Of a DNA stretch of 25,200 bases, positions 1 to 6,297 are shown one piece after another. Positions within the stretch are counted from its first letter, which is position 1. Each line of letters begins with the position of its first letter. The DNA is from a virus (lineage: Duplodnaviria > Caudoviricetes): IMG/VR virus record IMGVR_UViG_3300017757_000139, positions 1-25,200 of that record. One strand, written 5' to 3'. The translations under genes were made by a program, and so were the position numbers. The notes under the pieces were generated by a model, which saw only the letters and a list, made by a program, of their open reading frames with translations, made no database searches and had not been told where the DNA came from.

Positions 1-705
1 GTCAACAATCTCATCCTGACCAAATACTCCTTGCTCATAGAATCCTGAAATTTTAAGTACCACTCTGCTCATTGCTCTCTTTTCTGCCATAGCAACAGGG
101 AACTTCTTACCACCTCCCATTAAGTTATTGTCAGATGCTTCACCAAAACTCATAGCGTTCTTAACCTCATTACCAACTTTCATTGATGCTGCTGCTCTTA
201 ATACGCATATTCCTTTTTCTATATCCATATTGATTACTTCATAGGCAACTGTAATATTGTTTCTTGATACAATCTTATCAATTCCAGTTCTTGTGATAAT
301 TACAAACCCTCTCTTGTCTTTGTAAATATCTTCTTCTACTAAACCATTCTCTTTGTAAAGCCTTCTTAAAGCCTCTTTTCTTGTTTCCACTATTGGCTCA
401 GGTTGTTTCTTCAGTTTTTCTTGCATTGTTTTTTTTGTCATTTTATTATTTAATTGATTAATACTCGGTTGTTGTGCAATATCATGCATTGCGTTAATTG
501 TTTCTTCTCTTTCTTTCATAAATTCTTCTTTCATTCTTCCCATTTTTTCGTTTTTTTCGTTAATAGTTTCAAATTTATCTTCTGTCTTGTTGTAACAGTA
601 TTGTTCATCATCTCCCCTGTAGTATCTATCTCCAAAGTTTAAATCAGTCCTACTGTTCTCATCTTCCATAATGCCATCTTCAAAAATTCTGTCTGCTATG
701 CTCAT
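1..705 (-). CDS. Probable ssDNA-annealing protein (Rad52/Redbeta/Sak-like superfamily), 3' end cut by window edge; alternative starts at 543 and 441
   Basis: Not in the ORF track. My translation is open for 235 codons from ATG 705 to base 1. The C-terminal MAEKRAMSRVVLKISGFYEQGVFGQDE resembles the helix-G-x-Y/F-xxDE motif of Redbeta/RecT-like annealing proteins. A strong promoter lies directly upstream. Confidence 0.6.
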   Translation of the reverse strand, partial: MSIADRIFEDGIMEDENSRTDLNFGDRYYRGDDEQYCYNKTEDKFETINEKNEKMGRMKEEFMKEREETINAMHDIAQQPSINQLNNKMTKKTMQEKLKKQPEPIVETRKEALRRLYKENGLVEEDIYKDKRGFVIITRTGIDKIVSRNNITVAYEVINMDIEKGICVLRAAASMKVGNEVKNAMSFGEASDNNLMGGGKKFPVAMAEKRAMSRVVLKISGFYEQGVFGQDEIVD

Positions 706-736
706 AATTGTTTATTGTTTTAGTTATTAATTGAGG

Positions 737-767
737 CAAAGATATAAAATTGGAATTACCTACCAAA
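737..767 (-). promoter_or_regulatory. Bacteroidota primary-sigma promoter
   Basis: Minus strand reads TTTG (767-764), 19 nt, TATCTTTG (744-737), a full match to the -33 TTTG / -7 TAnnTTTG consensus. It lies about 30 nt upstream of ATG 705. Confidence 0.8.
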
Positions 768-903
768 AGATTTTTAACAATTTTTAGATAAATGTTTACC
801 TACTAGGTTAAAATTATTATATTGAGAAGAATAAAACTATTATAATTAATAGAATATAGAACAAAGATAGTTTAGTTGAATCTTTTATTTTCATTATAAA
901 ACA

Positions 904-1995
904 TTAAAAGTAATGCACTAAACGAGCCACTTGTCCACTTGTTTTTTCATGCAAAAATCCTTCAACTGCTTTAGGAACTCCAACATATCCTTTTCTTGAG
1001 TGCCAACTATCAGTTCCTGATGGACTACGCATATACTCTACAGTAACTCCTATAAAGTCTTTAGCATCTAGCCACTTATGTTTAACTTTGTGATGTAAAT
1101 GATGTAGATACCAATATCTATATTTAGTTTCACTCCACATTACTGGTTTCTCCTGAGCCATCATTAAAGGTAAGTTTGCCATCTTAGCACCATCTCCATG
1201 CTCTAATCCAATTAAGTTCTTACCATACTTATAATACTTTCTATGTGCTACACTAATATCAAAAGTAATATCTCTGTCGTTTCTAAACCAACTCTTTAAT
1301 GCGTGTGCCAAATGAAATCCACTTTGGTAATCATGATTAGACATTGAATGAACAACATCTACAGGTGCTACCTCTCTTAATATTTCTATACACTTAACAT
1401 ATAGTGCTAATGCAACCTCAAAATGTTCCCACCACTTACCATCTACATCTTGACCTGTACCTGCTGTAGTTTGATTATATACATTATCTATATGTAAAAC
1501 ATCATTACCTATGCAAAATAATATCCTTTCTACCTCAAAGCCATCTGCCTTATATATAAGTCCTTCTAAGCCCTCTAAAACACGCATACAGGCAGTTTCA
1601 ACATCATACCCATCACCAGTTTCAACTCCATTAGCATATTTACCTATATGTATGTCTGCAGGATTTATTACTAATAGATGATTAGCATCTTTGTTATCTC
1701 TTTTTACTGAAGGGTAATAAGGTGAATGATTTTCAATGAAGCCACTAATCTTATCTAGCATATCATTTTCATTAGCATTTATATCCTCTTTGGTTACAAT
1801 ACTAAATCTGTATTCACCACTTGCAGATTGCCAATGCTTGACACTTACAACATCATCTTTCTTTATACCCCTATCTGCAAGATGTATGTCTAATGCTGTA
1901 TTTCCATTAATGTTTGTTGTGCTTTCTGCCCTGTTCTCATAAACCATCTCAACTTCTTCTTTAGATAATCTAAGTCTTTTGCCATATTTCTTCAT
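904..1995 (-). CDS. Calcineurin-like metallophosphoesterase
   Basis: 363 aa with ordered motifs ADIHIG, GNDVLH, SNHD, HGD and HHLHH, matching the DxH / GDxxD / GNHD / H / GHxH pattern. Confidence 0.85.
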   Translation of the reverse strand: MKKYGKRLRLSKEEVEMVYENRAESTTNINGNTALDIHLADRGIKKDDVVSVKHWQSASGEYRFSIVTKEDINANENDMLDKISGFIENHSPYYPSVKRDNKDANHLLVINPADIHIGKYANGVETGDGYDVETACMRVLEGLEGLIYKADGFEVERILFCIGNDVLHIDNVYNQTTAGTGQDVDGKWWEHFEVALALYVKCIEILREVAPVDVVHSMSNHDYQSGFHLAHALKSWFRNDRDITFDISVAHRKYYKYGKNLIGLEHGDGAKMANLPLMMAQEKPVMWSETKYRYWYLHHLHHKVKHKWLDAKDFIGVTVEYMRSPSGTDSWHSRKGYVGVPKAVEGFLHEKTSGQVARLVHYF

Positions 1996-2018
1996 AGTTT
2001 TATGTATTGGTTATGATG

Positions 2019-2026
2019 CAATTATA
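2019..2026 (-). promoter_or_regulatory. Possible -7 promoter element for the phosphoesterase gene
   Basis: TATAATTG(C) has one mismatch to TAnnTTTG. It lies just downstream of the terminator hairpin and about 24 nt upstream of ATG 1995. Confidence 0.35.
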
Positions 2027-2046
2027 CAAAAAAAAATGCTTATATA

Positions 2047-2082
2047 ATACAAAAGTGAGATGTTTTTAAACATCCCACTCTT
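2047..2082 (-). terminator. Intrinsic terminator ending the late/lysis operon and the candidate sRNA
   Basis: AAGAGUGGGAUGUUU-AA-AAACAUCUCACUUUU forms a long stem with two G-U pairs and runs into a U-rich tail (UUUUGUAUU). Confidence 0.8.
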
Positions 2083-2129
2083 GAAAACTATAAACAATGA
2101 AAACAAAGATAGGCACAACCCTACCTGTG
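2047..2129 (-). ncRNA. Candidate small regulatory RNA (5' hairpin, U-rich anti-start-codon region, terminator)
   Basis: Downstream of TATCTTTGC (2142-2134). It contains the hairpin AGGUAGG-GUUGUG-CCUAUCU (2126-2107), then UUGUUUUCAUUGUUUAUAGUUUUC, then a terminator. The G-U pairs in both stems form only on the minus strand. Confidence 0.5.
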
Positions 2130-2133
2130 TTAT

Positions 2134-2142
2134 GCAAAGATA
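2134..2142 (-). promoter_or_regulatory. Bacteroidota -7 promoter element
   Basis: TATCTTTGC, identical to the element at 744-736, lies immediately after the stop of the 93-aa membrane gene. No canonically spaced -33 TTTG is present (nearest TTG at 2168-2166). Confidence 0.55.
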
Positions 2143-2143
2143 A

Positions 2144-2425
2144 TTATTTTTTACAATTATCAGTACAATTACATTTATTTTTTTCAAATACAGAAAAACA
2201 TAATGGCAAAACACCTAACCCTGTAAGTATTAAAGCGTTAGTATCAATACCATTTTTCTCAATGTATAAACTAGCAGCAAGTACTATCACTCCACTAATG
2301 GTTCTTTTGCTACTCCATTTACCTTTAGTGTCTGTAAAAAGTTCTTTTACTGCTTTTAATAATTCTGCTATTGGCTTTACACCACCCTTTAGTAGTGCTT
2401 GACCTATCCATTTCTGTATCATCAT
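2144..2425 (-). CDS. Two-TM membrane protein, holin candidate
   Basis: Two hydrophobic segments (ISGVIVLAASLYI; ALILTGLGVLPLCFSVF) and a basic C-terminus. It lies in the lysis cassette with an ATGA overlap to the upstream gene. Confidence 0.6.
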   Translation of the reverse strand: MMIQKWIGQALLKGGVKPIAELLKAVKELFTDTKGKWSSKRTISGVIVLAASLYIEKNGIDTNALILTGLGVLPLCFSVFEKNKCNCTDNCKK

Positions 2426-2583
2426 TTCTTCTTGTTGTACTTAGGAACAATAGCATCAATCATTGTATCTAACCATCCAAAGATTTTGTTGTCTTTTTCT
2501 GTTGGAGTTAAATTAGTAACAACTTTCGCAAAAGCCATTATTCCAACCAATAATTCTAGCCAATTTTCTGTAATAAAATTCAT
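2422..2583 (-). CDS. Small membrane protein, holin-like (53 aa)
   Basis: Not in the ORF track: MNFITENWLELLVGIMAFAKVVTNLTPTEKDNKIFGWLDTMIDAIVPKYNKKK. It has an N-terminal hydrophobic helix followed by TPTxKD, and lies directly after the endolysin. Confidence 0.7.
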   Translation of the reverse strand: MNFITENWLELLVGIMAFAKVVTNLTPTEKDNKIFGWLDTMIDAIVPKYNKKK

Positions 2584-2612
2584 AATATATATTTAATTAG
2601 TTAATATTCTGT

Positions 2613-2972
2613 TTAGTAACCCCAAATACAAGGGTTTGTTTTTTCCTCATCACAATCAGTATGTATAAATTTGTTTTTAAAATCTATACCAAATCTTTCA
2701 AATCCTGCACCTCCTAATCCTCCCATTATTAGTGCTAAGTTTTTACCATCAGTAAAATGTATATCAGCAGCAATACCTTTTATATGAGATGAGGTTGGAT
2801 TTTTCTTAGATAGTGGATGGTTTTCACATCTAAAACCACTATTTATTCTGAATGGAACTCCTGCAATTCTTCTTGCCTTATCCATCATTTCTAAGAAATC
2901 ACTATCAGTGTAGTTTGTATTACAACCACACTTACAATTAAACTCACTTCTTTTAAAGTATTTTAATTCCAT
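2613..2972 (-). CDS. Endolysin, Zn peptidase M15 (Peptidase_M15_3-like)
   Basis: Motifs YFKRSEFNCKCGC, INSGFRC, SSHIKGIAADI (SxHxxGxAxD) and FIHTD. The start is re-called at ATG 2972, 1 nt after the upstream stop (119 aa). Confidence 0.9.
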   Translation of the reverse strand: MELKYFKRSEFNCKCGCNTNYTDSDFLEMMDKARRIAGVPFRINSGFRCENHPLSKKNPTSSHIKGIAADIHFTDGKNLALIMGGLGGAGFERFGIDFKNKFIHTDCDEEKTNPCIWGY

Positions 2973-2973
2973 T

Positions 2974-3345
2974 TTATTTTTTTTCTTTAATAGATTTAAT
3001 AATATCTTCAAAAAAACTTTCAAAATCTTCTTTGATTTTATTTTCAGAGTCAATTTGTTTTAACTTTTTTATAGCCCAATTTACACCTGCATCTCCTCCC
3101 CAAGCATCCCACATAATACCTCCACACCCTTCATCATAAGGAACATCTTTATGTTGTTGGTGTCTTTTAAAGGAAGCCATACGAGCAATAGTATCTCTAC
3201 TCAAACTATCTCTGTTGGCTAACTGTCTTGCTCTAGTCCACCCAACTTGAGTTCCACAATCACTACCATTTTCTTCCTTGTACTTTATAGCCCTCTTAGC
3301 ATTGTTAGTTGCTGCTTGTGGATAATCATTATAAGTTTTAGCCAT
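2974..3345 (-). CDS. Conserved phage protein (GTxVGxxRAxQLA ... WGGDAG domain)
   Basis: 123 aa, tightly coupled to its neighbours. It has motifs GTQVGWTRARQLA and MWDAWGGDAGVNWA, which I recognise from phage head-region proteins; function unknown. Confidence 0.65.
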   Translation of the reverse strand: MAKTYNDYPQAATNNAKRAIKYKEENGSDCGTQVGWTRARQLANRDSLSRDTIARMASFKRHQQHKDVPYDEGCGGIMWDAWGGDAGVNWAIKKLKQIDSENKIKEDFESFFEDIIKSIKEKK

Positions 3346-3346
3346 A

Positions 3347-3808
3347 CTACGCTGTTACTACAACAAACTCAATGTCAATCGCTGCTGTATTTGCATTAGC
3401 ACCGATTTGAGTTATATCTGTAAGAGTTCCTATAGCAGTACCTGATGCTACTGCATCAATCTCGTTATCCATTAATAAGAAACTTTCACCTGCTTTTACT
3501 TTAACAAAGAAAGAGTCTGCAGTACCTGTAACTCTTAATTCTAAATAATTAGTATCATCTAAATTAGTAACTCTAAAATATTTATAGTTAGTAATATCTG
3601 CTTGACCTGCATCATCTACTGCACCGAAATTAATTATATCTGTCCACACATCTCCTCTTACCCCTGCTGCAATTCTCATTACTCTCTGGTAAACCTCTCC
3701 ATTACTTGTAAAGGTTTTATTCATTGTATTACCATAACTAACACCATTAAGAGTATATTGCTCTGTTATTGTTACTGTTAAATCCTCTGCTATTACTGTT
3801 GTTGCCAT
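3347..3808 (-). CDS. Putative virion structural protein
   Basis: 153 aa, rich in Thr/Ala/Gly/Val with a beta-strand-like pattern, in the late operon with an A-rich leader. Confidence 0.55.
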   Translation of the reverse strand: MATTVIAEDLTVTITEQYTLNGVSYGNTMNKTFTSNGEVYQRVMRIAAGVRGDVWTDIINFGAVDDAGQADITNYKYFRVTNLDDTNYLELRVTGTADSFFVKVKAGESFLLMDNEIDAVASGTAIGTLTDITQIGANANTAAIDIEFVVVTA

Positions 3809-3835
3809 ATTATATTGTTTTTTTTTTATTTATTT

Positions 3836-4513
3836 TTATATTGCTGATAGATAATTATTAACATTAGTTGTAAGTGCTGTGCTTTCTGTGTCATATATTT
3901 GTATTTCGCTAATAGTTCCATCATACGGATTAAGGTCTTCCCTTCTTACTCCTATTGTATCAATATTAGCCGTTCCTGATAGTGTAGGAGTCGCTGTAGT
4001 TTGCTGAACTCCCTTCCACCAAAGTGTTATTACATTACTAGAATTTCTTGTTACAATCATATAACCATTACCCCAAGACCCACTATCTAATTCTACATTT
4101 GCTGTTAAATTATCAATCTTAATTCTTAAAACAGTAGAAGAAAATAATTTAAAAAATTCGCCTGTTGCTGTATTATCACCAATAATAATTCCTCCTATTG
4201 CTGCTATGTTTAATCTTATTCCTATAGTAAAAGCACCACTTAAAGTAATATCACTATCCGCACCTAAATTGTGAGTTTGAACAGGTGTAAACTCTATATC
4301 TCCTGAATTGTAAGCAGGTTGTTCTGCTACTGTCGGTTGTCGCATATCAAAACTATTAGAAGAACTATCAGCCCAAATTGCAACATCAGTACCATTCAAA
4401 GTTATTCCTGTTTGATTTTTGTACCACGCTTCTAAACCTGTTTCATCAGAAGGTTGCCAACCACCTAATGGTCTGATAGTATTTAAACTTAAAGATTGTT
4501 TTAAACTTAACAT
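3836..4513 (-). CDS. Virion protein with a concanavalin-A/LamG-like domain
   Basis: Motifs LEAWY, VAIWADSS, QPTVAEQP, IGVR and YDGTISEIQIYD, typical of phage LamG-like beta-sandwich domains. Confidence 0.65.
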   Translation of the reverse strand: MLSLKQSLSLNTIRPLGGWQPSDETGLEAWYKNQTGITLNGTDVAIWADSSSNSFDMRQPTVAEQPAYNSGDIEFTPVQTHNLGADSDITLSGAFTIGIRLNIAAIGGIIIGDNTATGEFFKLFSSTVLRIKIDNLTANVELDSGSWGNGYMIVTRNSSNVITLWWKGVQQTTATPTLSGTANIDTIGVRREDLNPYDGTISEIQIYDTESTALTTNVNNYLSAI

Positions 4514-4518
4514 ATTAT

Positions 4519-4791
4519 TTATATATCTCTATATCCTATTCCAATTCCACTCGTTAGTGTAATGGATGTAATATTCATGAACAATGTCGTTCCTGCACTA
4601 AGTGTCGTTTGAAGTGCAGTTTCACCTGTAACTCCATCTGCTGCAATACTTGCAACAACAGATTCAACTGGGAAATGCACACAAAACCAGTCTTTACCTG
4701 TTTGTGCTGCAGTAGTGAAAACCTCAGTACCACCACCTTTACCTAATTGCATCATTAGAAGCGTATTGTCTGTATCAAATTCTGTACTCAT
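4519..4791 (-). CDS. Small putative structural protein
   Basis: 90 aa, Thr/Gly-rich, ending ITSITLTSGIGIGY; A-rich leader. Confidence 0.55.
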   Translation of the reverse strand: MSTEFDTDNTLLMMQLGKGGGTEVFTTAAQTGKDWFCVHFPVESVVASIAADGVTGETALQTTLSAGTTLFMNITSITLTSGIGIGYRDI

Positions 4792-4825
4792 TTTATTTTA
4801 TTTTTAAATTGTTATTATTTTATTT

Positions 4826-5059
4826 TTATTCTGTAAAAAGTTTTATCAATGCACCTAAAGTTATAGCGTAAATCATCCACATTGCTTTCACTAAAACCTT
4901 TCTCATTGCTGTGTTTCTATTAACTCTAGCAGCAACTCCTTTATCTGGATTTAGTAATCTTTCTGTAATCATATCTAATTTATTATCTAAATTATCCATC
5001 TTTTCATTTATTGAACTTATGTCTTTCTTCATAGATACTATCTCCTCTTTTGTTGTCAT
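4826..5059 (-). CDS. Coiled-coil protein with C-terminal TM helix (XhlA/holin-like architecture)
   Basis: Heptad-like ISSINEKMDNLDNKLDMI followed by hydrophobic AMWMIYAITLGALIKLF; TAATG overlap with the upstream gene. Confidence 0.6.
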   Translation of the reverse strand: MTTKEEIVSMKKDISSINEKMDNLDNKLDMITERLLNPDKGVAARVNRNTAMRKVLVKAMWMIYAITLGALIKLFTE

Positions 5060-5697
5060 TAGAATGTTGTTGTTTGTACTGCTATATTCATATATATTGT
5101 TGAGCCACCACTTACCTCCTTAATCATTGGAAAGATAATATCTCCTGATGCTACTGCTGCTGTAGTTATAGTTGTTTCGTTTATTCTAACACCCTTATTA
5201 TTGTTACTAAGACCATCTACTGAAATTTCATCAATCACAATAGGAGTTACTGATGTTGTAACATCCTCTACAGGTGTAATTTTACATATAGCAATCGTAA
5301 CTGCATTAGAGCCATTACTTGTAAGCCAACCACTTATAGATGTAACACTAGCAGTTTCAGGTATAACACAAGCCTGACCTATTCTAAAGAAATTTGAAGG
5401 ACTTATATTTCCTGAAGATACTGTTGATGTTCCATAATCAACAGCCATTTCAAAAGGAGATTTAGTGTCTGCTATATCCTCTCCATAGAAGTAATTTGTA
5501 GCACCTGTAACAAAACCCTGCATCTTATAATTAGTAACACCCATATAAGATTTCCCTTTCCACTCTAAGTTACCATCAGTTCCTGTTGCTGATGTTCCTC
5601 CACTTTTACTTAAAACAGTATCATTAATAGCAGTTTCAAATCCTTTTGGATTATGTCTATTTATACTACTTAAATTTTTATGTTCGTTTGCAGCCAT
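5059..5697 (-). CDS. Putative fibre/decoration virion protein
   Basis: 212 aa, Ser/Thr/Gly-rich, with a fibre-like GTDGNLEW motif; located after the adaptor gene. Confidence 0.5.
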   Translation of the reverse strand: MAANEHKNLSSINRHNPKGFETAINDTVLSKSGGTSATGTDGNLEWKGKSYMGVTNYKMQGFVTGATNYFYGEDIADTKSPFEMAVDYGTSTVSSGNISPSNFFRIGQACVIPETASVTSISGWLTSNGSNAVTIAICKITPVEDVTTSVTPIVIDEISVDGLSNNNKGVRINETTITTAAVASGDIIFPMIKEVSGGSTIYMNIAVQTTTF

Positions 5698-5710
5698 TTA
5701 TATATTTATT

Positions 5711-6295
5711 TTAACAATCATCACAAGGACAGTTATTCTTCCAACTATCATAATTTCTAGTAGGTCTTGAATATATACTATCATACATTATTATACCATG
5801 ATTCTTATAGACATCATCATTACAAGGTTTATTAGATTCATAAGTTGGATAATCACCATTTTGGTCGCTATCATTCATATAATCTAGCATATCTTTTAAG
5901 TATATCTCAGCCTTTCTGTAAGTGTCCTGCTTATAAGCGTTTAACTCAGAAGGGTCTATAATAGTAGCAAACTCATCAAGATTATGTACGATACCTGCAC
6001 TACTACTATTACTCTGAACTTCATTTATTACCTCAAACCTAACAAACCAACACAAAGTTCTTGTTAAGAAATCATCCATTAAAGTTTGATTAGCAGTAGT
6101 TAAAGTACCATTATTATGTTGAGTTTTTAATTCCTCATAAAACTTTTTACCGATTGCCTCTTTTAAATGTGCTAACTCAGCAAGAAGTAATGTGCTGCTA
6201 GAAATTAAAGCAGTATCAGTATTAGCGTTAGTAAAACTATTACTTATAACTTCTGATGCTGTTACTAAAGGTATATATTGGTTTACATTTGCCAT
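5711..6295 (-). CDS. Putative head-tail adaptor/connector
   Basis: 194-aa helical protein 2 nt after the portal stop. The pattern LKEAIGKKFYEELK ... YLKDMLDYM ... YPTY resembles Bacteroidota phage adaptors. Confidence 0.55.
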   Translation of the reverse strand: MANVNQYIPLVTASEVISNSFTNANTDTALISSSTLLLAELAHLKEAIGKKFYEELKTQHNNGTLTTANQTLMDDFLTRTLCWFVRFEVINEVQSNSSSAGIVHNLDEFATIIDPSELNAYKQDTYRKAEIYLKDMLDYMNDSDQNGDYPTYESNKPCNDDVYKNHGIIMYDSIYSRPTRNYDSWKNNCPCDDC

Positions 6296-6297
6296 AG

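Noticed and set aside
862-869. Extra TATCTTTG boxes at 869-862 and 2111-2104
   Set aside because: Neither has a properly spaced -33 element, and the second lies within a hairpin arm; such boxes can occur by chance in AT-rich DNA.
2011-2214. Minus-strand 67-aa ORF
   Set aside because: It overlaps the holin-like gene and runs through a promoter box and terminator; its hydrophobicity follows from the T-rich sequence.
2097-2402. Plus-strand 101-aa ORF with a good A-rich leader
   Set aside because: It is mostly antisense to the holin-like gene and has no plus-strand promoter. Its leader is better explained as the complement of the candidate sRNA, though translation is not formally excluded.
2420-2425. 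Holin dual-start motif (Met-Met)
   Set aside because: The two Met codons are adjacent with no charged residue between them, unlike lambda S107/S105; this arises from the ATGA overlap.
2973-3053. N-terminal extension of the endolysin (possible SAR or signal segment)
   Set aside because: It overlaps the upstream gene out of frame and is Lys/Leu low-complexity. ATG 2972 directly follows the upstream stop and starts the M15 domain.
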